From NCBI GenBank assembly GCA_010909165.1, contig MU008187.1:66247-130246 (forward strand): a DNA stretch of 64,000 nucleotides. Reading direction: 5' to 3'. Each line of letters opens with the position of its first letter. The first letter of the stretch is position 1. The stretch comes from Anthoceros angustus. Lineage: Eukaryota; Plantae; Anthocerotophyta. The notes beneath the pieces are model-generated. The model made no database searches and was not told the DNA's origin. It saw only the letters and a program-made list of their open reading frames with translations. Shown here in pieces: positions 1 to 11,057 of this stretch. Both the position numbers and the translations under genes were made by a program.

Positions 1-388
1 ATATAGGAGGCTTACATCATTTCCAAATCGCTAAAAGCAGACTTTCTTCCTTAAGCCCTAAGCTAAGTCTTACCACCACTACTTACAACTTACTAACTAG
101 ATCCAGGGCTGCATGCTTCTCATGCAAGGCTCGTTACTAATACTGTAGTTTTAAATTTCTATCATGAATATATTTATATTTTTATATCAATAAATTACAA
201 ATAATAATAATCTATAATACAAATAATTCGATTGAATACAAAATATTTTATAATCTTAAAATAACACAATCATTCAACAATGGCAACATCCAGCTTTTAT
301 GTGAATCCAATGTAGGGCTTTTTGTGCACGATTCTCCCCGCTCGGAATGAGCTACTCGAGACCATGATCCCTCCCTATCAATAGGAAC

Positions 389-1400
389 TCATTTGTCAAA
401 TTTTTCTTGCAGGGTGCGCCTAACATATGCATTCAACCCATACGCTACAAAGTTGAAGAGCCCCTGCAATCATACAGATGTAAGAGGCTATCTATCATAC
501 AGGATCAGAGACTGAAAATCCGCCAAGGCAGGGTGCCCTTACCATGAGACCTGTTGTGCCGATGTGAAGGCAATACAGCCAGAACAGCCGTTTATGTTGG
601 TTTCACAGAATCATGAGTTCGGTTGATAGTTCCAAATGTGGACTCCAGGAGCCTATCAGAATCAATGGATAATAGCCCCACCTGTTCATGGCCTGAAAAG
701 ATGATAACGAAGTTCACACAGTGACAGCCACATAATGGCATGTAAAGGCGAAGTAATGTTATAAGCAACAACCACACCGAACGGTAGGGACAAGGTTTTG
801 CATTCAGTTACCTACCTTCATGTCAGCGCGCACCTCAACTTGTCGCTGACGTTCAGACAAGCCCACTGCCATCTGCAATAACCAAGTGCTTAAATCAAGC
901 AATATATGGCAGATGGAACTAACGGGCTTGAGCCTGATGACGGCGACAGAAAGCCAGATACTTACTCGGGTTGTATGATTTATCATGCGAATGACTGGAA
1001 GGTAAGCTGTTCCATTGAACAGTATAGCTCCCCATAGGGGTACATAGAATGTGATAAACCGTAGCACCTGGTACCAGAGTTTTGATAGTTGGCATCCATG
1101 GTTGCGCAGTGGTCCTCCCACACTGCAATCGAAGAAAACCAGAAAGTTTCCATACCTTTCCTGTAGTTGTCTCTATCCTGACCAAGCACCAAGCACCAGC
1201 CGGTCCATAGTCATTTGAGCTGCAAATGCCAATAAATTGACCACTGCACTGGGAAAGACATGAAGATCACCACTAAACTGTCCAAACTTGAAATTCGGCA
1301 GTCCTTCTTGGGCCACCAATGCATTAGGGCCACTCCCAAATGCATCTTCCAGTGCCTGAACGTGCACACAAAAAGAACCTTTGGATGGTCCAGAAAACTA
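389..1400 (-). pseudogene. GCR1: GCR1-like 7TM receptor (cAMP-receptor-like), degraded, intron-containing fragment
   Basis: Spliced translation gives FITFYVPLWGAILFNG..VIRMINHTTR|MAVGLSERQ..RADMK|AMNRWGYYPLILIGSW..FGTINRTHD..KRLFWLYCLHIGTTGLM|GLFNFVAYGLNAYVRRTLQEKF, collinear with plant GCR1 as I recall it. GT-AG introns at 873-965, 693-815 and 464-542. Frameshifts near 640 and 595. The TM3 region is missing or replaced and TM1-2 were not found. Confidence 0.85.
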
Positions 1401-1963
1401 TACAGTATGGCACATTGTTGTAGTAACATATGTCAGTCAGTGCAGGGATGACTACACCTAGCTAACATGCCGAGAATGAACAGGAGCGGGCCAACTAAAG
1501 TTCAAACCGGTCCGTTGTGGGTTTCAGGACTTCCATGTCAGTTAGATCGTCTGCAAGGTAACGCCATTCTCCACTCACAAGATGGGCAATTGATGCAAAC
1601 ATGGCAGCATGATGCATCTTCTCCATGTGACAAAGCAGGCTGAAGTCCAAGTACCTGTACCACAATCATTGACCCTCACTGATATCACAATCAATGACTG
1701 ATTGTGATATCTGCAATCCAGACCAATGCACTGGCTGTAGAACCGTCTGAGCAGTCGATGAAATCCAGTACTATAAGATTCAGCACGCTCTCACTTTGCC
1801 ACCTACCATCGGCATGAGATGTCGCTTTGCTTCATTCTGATCCTCAACACTAGCCACCTGACCATCCGACGAATGCCCCTCTGCAATTAGTTGCGTGTCC
1901 CAAGGTCGATCACCTTACACCCATTCCATAGACAGGACCCTCTTGGTAGTCATGGGAAGCAGG

Positions 1964-2120
1964 GGCAGGAGGCAGGAGGCAGGAGGCAGGAGGCAGGAGG
2001 CAGGAGGCAGGAGGCAGGAGGCAGGAGGCAGGAGGCAGGAGGCAGGAGGCAGGAGGCAGGAGGCAGGAGGCAGAGGCAGGAGGCAGGAGGCAGGAGGCAG
2101 GAGGCAGGAGGCAGGAGGCA
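1964..2120. repeat. (AGGCAGG)n 7-bp minisatellite, about 22 units
   Basis: Directly visible, with a few imperfect units. It explains the RRQEAGG / PPASCLL ORFs in the track. Confidence 0.97.
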
Positions 2121-3253
2121 GGGGACAGGGAACCACGATGTACTTCAAGTGAGCACGTGCTTCCTACAAGGAAAAGCCACCGATTGTGATCCAATTAACC
2201 AGAGTCCAAGCAATAAAGCTGCCAGAAGGATGGCTACATGTTACGACAGCTCTGGAGCAACTGCTGCTTGGACAATCCAAAACCTTCATGAGAAAATAGT
2301 TCGATCCATACTCAAAATTCTTCCACATTTGTGGCTTCCATGTTGTAGTCAAGCTCCCATGCAGACCCCGTCCAAGCTCATCAGCCAAACCTAACCCTGC
2401 CGCAACCACCGCCAATTGAACAAACAATACGAACACCAAAATGATCTTACAAAACAGACCAACAAAGCCGCACGCATCATCCTTTCAGAACAAAGCCAGT
2501 CTCAGCAAGGAAACCCCGTCCGACAGCACCAGCCGAAAGCTCCTGCGAGGTGGAATTGCTCCCGATCGCCTTGATGTCAATCACCGGTGCCGCCGTCGCT
2601 TATCTTGCCGCAGCTGGCCGAGATTCCTCCCTACGCTGCTACCCTTGCTGGAGTCCGAAGCGTTGGCGCTCACCGCAGCTGAGCGAAATGTGTTCATACA
2701 CTGAAATCTGCTATCATAAAGTGTACATGGCGATGCAGCCAGGATGCCCCCTCCGTCCCTCCCGCAACTGCCAAACCCCAACCCCAAGCCTACCCGAGAA
2801 TCCAAATCCGTAGCAGTGGAACATCACTCACAGGCAAGTAGCTTGTAATTACATTTGAAACTCACGTGTCACGGAAACACTTCCTTCAACAAAAACTCAC
2901 TTGTCATGTGTCTTCATTGAGGTAGATTTTTTTTTCGGGGACAAGACGGTACATTGGGAACAAATGGTGGGGCCGTTCTAAGGCATACAATGCCAGGTGA
3001 AGCTTCTACCGACCACAGCCTATCCTGTTCTCACCACCAACAAGCAGTAGCACACAATGAAAAAATTGCGAGAGCCTTCCCTCCTGAGATCATTCTGCGA
3101 TTTGAGGGCCTCTCCTCCGTGCTAGTGGCTGTTCTGCACCTTTCCTACCATAAAGGAGTACATATTTATCCGACGTGAAGGCATGCGCAGGCTTCAATGC
3201 CCTGCCTACCAACGTATGTAAACACCCACGTGTAATCACTGTCCACAGTAAGA

Positions 3254-4135
3254 TCACACAACTTGGTAGCTATCAACCACCAGCTGAGTGGGTATGGCGA
3301 TTTTGCAAGAGATCCACTTTGCGTGTTCTTAACGATGCGGACCTTGATATCACAGCACGTCTTGGTGGCAGTGAATTTCACATCAATCGGGGAGAAGGCC
3401 GACGGGTCTGCTAACTCCATGGTCCCATTCCGATTGGTATTACCAATTAAGGTGATGGACCATTCTAGGACGGACTTTCGTGCATCATACGTCCAGTCTC
3501 CATCAACTTGATTCATGCTTGGTGGATCCCGCAAAGGTGGCATACCCCCGCAAAGGTGGCAAGGGTATGCTGATTACAACATTTTGCAGATCAAATGCTT
3601 TCAAGGCTTCATACTCGATGTTGATGTAACATTCCCGCCAGAGACAGAGGCTAGGGCCAGCAGTTTATACCAAGAGGAACAAGAGAGTCCTGCTTGCTTT
3701 GCATTCGCCATCAATATGCATCTTCTTATGTTTGAACAAATAACGAACGCCATTTTACACTGCACTTCAAAATTCTCCACACCACCGTCCTTCTTCAAAG
3801 TGACGCCTGTCTTCTTCCACAATAATAGTGATAGGATCTGTAGGAATAAAAGTTGTCTGTAAAGGCCGAGGTGCAGCATGGACATCCTCTACAATCACTT
3901 CACCTTCCGCCTTCAAGGATTCTAAGAACTGGTTTGCCTTCTGTGACTTGCCAAGCTTCATACTAGCTCCTTGGGCAACAAAAGGGACAGGTTGTGTTGA
4001 CCGTCCTTTTGGTTTTCCGAAGGGGTCTGAATCTAGGCCTGAGCCAAATCCCGAACTGCTGCCAAAGCCACCGCTCCCAAGATCGGATCACTGATACCAT
4101 TGTCAAAATATGTGATGGCTCCCGAAGAGTTAACA
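3254..4135 (-). pseudogene. Coatomer delta subunit (delta-COP) C-terminal mu-homology domain fragment, no introns seen
   Basis: [137 protein letters not shown]. Contains frameshifts, an in-frame stop, an internal deletion and a 19-bp duplication. Confidence 0.88.
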
Positions 4136-4752
4136 CACAGAGGGGCAGGCAGCTGCACTCAGAGATTGTCAAAAGAGGATTGCTGGAAAATGTAGTGTTG
4201 GTCAACTGCCTGGTGGACATGTATGCAAAATGTGGTGAACTGGAAGACGCACGCCAGGTTTTTGAGAGCTTGGCCATAAAGAATGTGGTGACATGGAATG
4301 CCCTGATTGCTGGGTATGCACAGCAACTTGGAACCGGGCAAGAAGCACTCGTTGTGTGTCGACAAATGGAGCAGTAAGACCTCATTTTGGCTGACCATGT
4401 GACTTTTACTTGCCTTCTGAAGGCCTGTGCAACCACTGGTGCCATACAGAGGGGCAGGCAGCCGCACTCAAAGATTGTCAAAAGAGGACTGCTGGAAAAT
4501 GTAATGTTGGGCAACTGCCTGGTGGACATGTATGCAAAACGTGGTGAACTGGACGACGCACGCCAGGTTTTTGAGAGCTTGGCCCTAAAGAATGAGGTGA
4601 CATGGAATGCCCTGATTGCTGGGTATGCACAGCAACTTGGAACCGGGCAAGAAGCTCTCGTTGTGTATCGACAAATGGAGCAAGAGGACCTCATTTTGGC
4701 TGACCATGTTACTTTTACTTGCCTTCTGAAGGCCTGTGCAACCTTTGGTTAA
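4135..4752 (+). pseudogene. PLS-class pentatricopeptide repeat (PPR) fragment, two tandem 309-bp units
   Basis: GRQLHSEIVKRGLLENVVLVNCLVDMYAKCGELEDARQVF..NVVTWNALIAGYAQQ..EAL..QM..DHVTFTCLLKAC occurs twice (units start at 4141 and 4450). In-frame TAA at 4375. No start, E or DYW domain adjacent. Confidence 0.9.
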
Positions 4753-5859
4753 CCACATTAAACATGCAACCACTGGTTGCATGTTTAAGCTGTGGTGGCC
4801 AACCCCATTGGGTTCCACGGAGACAAGCTGCAGAACATAATTCTCATCTCACAACAGTGTCCCCATGACACACTAGCAACTCAAGAATGCAAGGACTGCA
4901 CAATGAGATTGATTCACGAGCAAAGTCAGCCCAATTCTGGAGTCCAGCCTTGCTTTTCGTCAGCAATTTCCCATGTCCTGAGCAGAGCTTAACTGCCCGC
5001 TGTTTAGGAACTTTGTAGGCACTGCCATTCACCGTCCAGGTCAGTCCACCGACCCTGGCCTGGCTGCTGTAGAGGCCGTGGGTTAGGGCGCGTGGAGAGG
5101 ACGCGTTTGTGAGCGGCCTAGTCCTGTCCATGCACCTCCGACAGCGGTCCCTGAACGATGGCCACAGCGAAGGCTGAAGCTTCTTTTCTTCTCTTTGCAG
5201 TTAGTTGGCTTTCAGGCGGGACCCAGCAAATTGGTGTGGTACAGGGATTCAACGAGGAGCTCCTGCTAACCTCAGCTTAGGGAGTCGACTTGGCAAGCAA
5301 AGCCTCCAGTGCAGCAGTGTAAGGAGCCCAGTACTTCCACTTCCGAGAAAGTGTGTGGATAGGGATAGGGTTTTCCAGCTACGGTCGTTGCCAGGAGCAA
5401 GAGCACTTGTGGCAGCAATTTTTCTGGACCCTACCCTGTGGTGGGACAACAGACGAGGTAAGAAGAGCGCCCGTTCCCTGACTTCCAGCGTAAGGGATCC
5501 GGCAGGTGCTGTGATTAAGGAACATGTTTGAGCCAGCTTGGGTTGATGAGCACCTCATGTGCATGGATCTGCAGATAGAACATGGTGCCTCTCCTTCCGA
5601 GTCCAGCTCCCGGATAAGCCTAAACCTGGGAGGTATGCAGGATCGGCAATGGTGTTGTTATTGCTGTTACCGTGAGCACGTTATGTCAGCAGGGGAAGCT
5701 TTTTGATGCCGTTGGAGCCCTGGAACGCTGGCGAACACAGAGTCTGCCATTTCCCAGTCTCTGTAGCACATTGTATCTAAAACTGTGTACAGCTAAGAAG
5801 GATTTGGTTGTGGGGCATCGAGTTCTGGTCTCATTCTCCTAAAATCATTAGGAGAATGA

Positions 5860-6650
5860 GACACCTTCAATATCTATATTACCTCTAGAGAAATTTATGA
5901 TCATATATATATATAGAATATTAATAATCCTTACAAAATATCTATATATATATATATATATATTAATAAATAGTATACTATATATATAATATTATAAGAT
6001 AACATATATGACTTATATGAAAAATAATCTATATTAAAATATCATAATATGTATTTTATCTTGATAACATGGATAAAATAATTGCATGAAAAACATTATG
6101 ATTACCTTGTGACAAACATTCCTCAAGAAGAATGTTATTTCATGTAAGAACCTTAAAACATCCATAGAGGTATGAACATATGATAAATACGTGGATTAAA
6201 AAAATTAATTTTATTCAGCCTATATCAGAAAAATTATCATGTTAGTATGAACTATATGCATATGCAAGCCATGTGAATTTTGATATCTTAATTTACTAGT
6301 AAAAATTATACATAAAAATATATGTGATGTATTTTTTACACATATATAATATTCAATATACTAATATTCAGTTACTCATGGTTACTTGTGACATACATAT
6401 GGACTCCATATAAAATGTTACTATATGTAAACTACATGGTATCATCACAGGATATGATATCAGACTCATATAAAACACATCATGACTTAAGAAGTGTATT
6501 TATGCATACAATTCATATTATCACATACAAATATCATATCCTATAAATGTGGAGTTATTATAAAATAATATCACATTAGAATTATAGGAAAAGTATATGA
6601 TAACTATAAACTCAAATAATATAAAGATTTTATATTTTTGTATATTATGG
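5860..6650. other. Very AT-rich low-complexity spacer with (TA)n tracts
   Basis: Base composition visible directly; sharp switch to GC-richer sequence near 6660. Confidence 0.8.
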
Positions 6651-7599
6651 ATTCCATATGGTTACAGTATGAAAAAGCGTGGCCCTTCGCTTTGTGATCT
6701 TTGCTCGGACTTGCGGCATGTCTTCTGAGTTTGCCATCCCGATTTCCCTCGCCCCAACTCCTTCATTGTGCTCACCTTGGATCCACAGGATCCAAAGTTC
6801 GGTGTGCCTCCAACATCCGCCCCGGTTCGTCTTCCAACGTGAGCGCCACAATTGGAAGGGTCCTTTGCGGGGGCTGCTCGCCTTCGCTTCGATTTCTTGA
6901 CACCATTGCCCCTCACAAGCAACGGATGCATACGGTGAGACACCAAATCTCCTCAAACAACGCAAAATAGGTTAGGCGTGACGCCGCACCTCCACAAACA
7001 CTCGAATGGCGCCGCAATGACCTTCAATCCGCAGGCGGCTTGGAAGAGTGCAATTCCTGAGCCTTCCCAGTTTCGCAGTGGAGCGCAACTCACGCCAATG
7101 CGCCCGCGTGAACGCCCATTACGGGAAGGAAAAGCTTTATAAAATGCCGGGCAAGGGTTAAATAAAGCGGTGAGATCGGCACCGTCTTTGCCAGTGTCTG
7201 TTTTCCCCTAACCCTAATTTGGTGTAGCAGACTAGCTTTGCCGTTTATTAACATGGTGGCCCATGTTTTTTAACCGTGGTGCACTTGGCATACATTAAAG
7301 CCTTTCCGATCCCAAACGGCAAAAGCTGCAACTTTAATGACCGATTCTGAATAACGGTGGCGTCGGATACGCCGCCTGATAGGTAAATCTTCTCCGCTAG
7401 TGAGTGCTGGGAAGATGCGACGCCGAGGCATCCGCGCGCTTGTTCTGCTATGTCTAATACTATTGTGCCTTCCGGCTTCCATGTTCCTCCTTGTTCACGG
7501 CGTGCAGGGATCGCGTTCCGCCGGTCGCACGTCCCTTGCACCATGCTACACTCCACCCATACCGATGAAGACACAGAGGTAATTTTCATAATATGCGGT

Positions 7600-8100
7600 A
7601 GCCTCCTCGTTCATAGTCCCTGGTCTCCGCTGGAACATTGTTCCTAATAGTGGGTGTCATGCGGCTCGACTAGTGCAGATGGCAGGAACTTGACCGCATA
7701 CTGGGAATGCCTCGCTTTGACAAAGATACCTACATGTAGATGAAAGGGGCATTCAGCGATCTATAGGCCAAACGCGCCCGCAAGCTTTGACTGCCACTAA
7801 GGCACCGGGTTTTCGAAATGCTCTTTCTAGACAATCTGTGTGAATCAGAACACAAGCTTATGTAGACATTGGACTTTATCAATAAGGCGGATGCCCAATG
7901 GTAATCGTAGATGACGGCGTGCTTCACCTTGTTCTCGTGAAAATCGGCGTGCTCGGGATGGCGAAGGACTCATAACCATTCGTGCCCCTATGTGCCGACG
8001 CCTCGAACATGAACTTGTATGCGGCTATGGAACTTAGACCGGAGGACGAGGCGATGTCGCCGGTCAATCAACATGCCGCTTTACCGTGGTGGAGTGTTGG
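7600..8100 (-). pseudogene. Ulp1/SENP-like (C48) cysteine peptidase remnant
   Basis: KHAVIYDYHWASALLIKSNVYISLCSDS gives His-Trp (7895-7900) with Asp-Ser 18 residues later. Removing one base at 7731 gives STCGIFV, resembling the C48 DCG[IV]FV motif. The oxyanion Gln was not seen. Confidence 0.42.
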
Positions 8101-10463
8101 GTGCATTGGGGAGCATGATATTGTATGCGATGGCAACATTCCCCATCCTCCCTGCTCCTCCTAGACCGCATCGATGTATCATCCAAGCCCGTCGAGACAA
8201 TGCAGCCGAGCGACTTTGGGTTTTGGAGGCGGGGCGGTGGTGTCTCCTTAAAGAAGATCGAGCGGACCTGCTCGCTAGACTTCCGGAAACTGGTTGCAAC
8301 AATTCATGTATCCAACAACTTTCGAGGAGGGTTTCCAAGAAGAGAGGCAAAGGTTTCTTATGATTATGAATTGGAAGGAGATGAGGATGAGGCCGAGTAT
8401 GGACCTCGGATGAAGAGGATGGCCCTATCCCGAGCGGGCCAAACAGATGACGAATTGTTTGAGGAGGATGGTGATAACCGGGTTGAGGAGGATGTAATGC
8501 ATTCCCCATGGCGCCAACCGTGCCTTACAATCTCGCCAAGACATGCCAGCTGCCGGGGAATTGCTCGGTGGGGAGAACACAGCTTGGGCACTTGGTTTAT
8601 ATCCTATGAAGGCATGGGAGGGGAGAGGGGGCATGCATGTGCCCATCCCTGCCCTCCCCGCAGAAGGCGACATCCCAAAGACTGGGGTGTGCACACCACG
8701 CAAGAGATCGCGTCACCGGATCAAGCCCGGACGCCTGTGGAAGAGTGGAGGGCGCCGATGCCCGCCTTGCTGGCCATGGGGATGGGAGGGAAGATGCCGG
8801 CGCGCCGCCTGTGGATGGGAGGGCGTCGATGTGGGCGCCTCCCATGGGGAAGCAGATGGTGGCGCCGCTGCAGCCGCCGCCTCACCGCCCATGTGGATGC
8901 AGGGCGCCGATGCCGCCGCCTCCCGACTCATGAAGTCAGGAGGCGGCACCGATGGGCGCCCATCTTCATCAAGATGGTGGAGGCGACGGGGAGTACGGGA
9001 AGCGCAGCCGATCGCGGTGCAGCTTGGTATGGGGGCAAAGTTGCCAAATGTGGAGGCCGAAGAGATTTGAGGAGGAAGAAAGGCAAGCGCAGCAGAGCGC
9101 GATACCAACGATATTCCGACTATGCATGTTGCGATCGATGGGGAGAGGTCGAGGCCTCCATCCGTGATGAAGATTATTTGGAATATCGTAGAGTTCGCCA
9201 CGCCAAGAAAGTGGTTAAAAGCTCTTCCGGGTTAGAGAATTTAAGGCCCGCATCCTTTCTTACCCGATGCTTAGATTCGGATTGTGGAGAGGCATGGACC
9301 AACCACCGCTCGAGTTATTTTGAAAGGTCGGGTTGAGGAAGGGTGTACGCCCATCGCATGATTGACCATCGACCGCAAATATACATTCAATATAGATCGG
9401 AATAAGTTTAGAGCCAAGAAGTATGTGATGGAGTGCCTGGGCAATCACACCTATGCAATGATGAAGCATCCGCATATCATATCTCCATCAAGGCCGATTC
9501 CAATGGATGGAAGCCATGACTATTGTGGGCTCACTACAGAGAGATGAGGGTTCCGCCATGCACACAACACCATGTCCGATAAACGGAGGAAGATGACTTT
9601 CATTGAGCAAGTTCGGTATTTGTAGATGAGTTGTAGATAGCAAAAGAGATGGAGTCAATATGAGCATGAATCGAAGTTCAACATAAGGCAGCTGGCTTGA
9701 TAGATGATGATGAGGCCGAGAGGATGAGCAAGAAAACAAGGTCGACAATCGCACATATCCTTTGCATCGCCAAACTTGAGGGAGAGTGGGAAAATGTCGA
9801 TAAGATCTTCACAAAGTGGGAGGCCATGGAATTGCCGAATAAGCCAAACATGTTGCAGGAACAAGCAAAAGAGCAAGGGAAACTAAGATCATGGATGAGG
9901 CGGATGGACCAAAGTTTTGTGAAGCTAAAGGACATGCAAGGAAGCCTTGGCGAAGTTTTCGTGGTATTCCACCGGGTGAGACGGCAAAAGATGTTGATCG
10001 TGTCACCGAGAAGGTCGTGACAGTCTCATAGACCTCAATGGTATGGCCAAGGAGATCACTCTTCTAAGAAACTACATGTGATACAAGTGGCTATGGCAAG
10101 CATCTAGGCGATTCATTCGAGATGGTGAGGAAGGAGTACCTGGTGCACTCAACGGATGAAGTCATTGCGATTTCGCATACCGAAGGGAAGGTGAGTTTCA
10201 CCGTTTACCAAGATAGAACTGCTGAGGGCGCCGCATGCCGATGCGAGCCCTTTCCTATTGTCCCCGCAATCGACTTTGGCAACCTCACTTGTTTTGTGTT
10301 ATTTTGCAGCAAGTTAAAGATGTTGAAGACCAAAAGCTACCGTAAGATTTCCGTGCTTTTATATTAGAGGTCCACACATGGAAAGGGCTGGAGGATGAGC
10401 AGAGGGCACGGGACATGGACATGGAGGAAGGGCTGCACCCAGGCCCAAAACAGAGGAGAGTGA

Positions 10464-11057
10464 AAGTATCAAGTGCGCAGAGATGTAAAATGAGAGGGTT
10501 TCTTTGAGCTCAAGTATACAACGCTGGTGATGGATGTCCCTGTGGGAATTCAACAAGGGAAGTATGATGTCAAACTTGAGCAGGCGCAAATGGCAAACAT
10601 ATTTCATTCCTTCCATGATATGACAATGTGCGACGAGATCGTAATGATAGTAATGCATGGTGTGGAAGAGCTCCATATTGTCGTGAGAGTATGAGGAAGT
10701 GGTGTGTGTGGAGGCATGGTCTCATTTGTTTGGGACAAAACTAATATGCACAATGACCAAGGAGGCTTTGACATCGTGGAGTACATCAGTGGTGGTGTGA
10801 CCGAACGAGCAAGAAGACAAAGGTGTCCATCCAATACCTTTGCGGCTCTTTCAATAATGGGCGAGCTTATTGCACATGACGCGTGGGTTAATATTATACA
10901 TGGGACAAGTGGTTGTTTCCGTGCATCGAGGCCATCGGGTCTAATGATGAAGTTGATCAAGAACTTCTCAAGAAGGAGATTGGATATTAGATGCATGTGC
11001 AGGAGTGGAACAACGACATTAGCACCCTTTGTGGCCGAAATTGCATTTGGAGGTTGA
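10464..11057 (+). pseudogene. Putative TET/JBP-like 2-oxoglutarate/Fe(II) dioxygenase domain (frame interrupted by TGA at 10491 and 10692)
   Basis: VSFVWDKTNMHNDQGGFDIVEYISGG..MGELIAHDAWVNIIHGTSGCFRASRPSGLMM. Shows TxxHxD, a distal His 50 residues after the first, and RxS 10 residues after that. Motif inference only. Confidence 0.5.

Noticed and set aside
1891-2194. ORFs with RRQEAGG / PPASCLL repeats
   Set aside because: These are translations of the 7-bp minisatellite.
2954-3250. HNEKIARAF resembles the HSEKLA of a PPR DYW domain
   Set aside because: No CxxCH or DYW-like end follows; left unassigned.
5500-5560. VL*LRNMFEP resembles UHM/RRM splicing-factor motifs
   Set aside because: Too short, flanked by stops, and another frame looks PPR-like.
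7480-7600. LCVFIGMGG resembles cytosine methyltransferase motif I
   Set aside because: It is followed by a stop, and no PC or ENV motifs were found in a consistent order.
10860-10925. DAWVNIIHGTSGC resembles nitrogenase/DPOR component motifs (HGxxGC)
   Set aside because: No other nitrogenase-fold motifs or adequate length; the HxD..H..RxS reading explains more residues.
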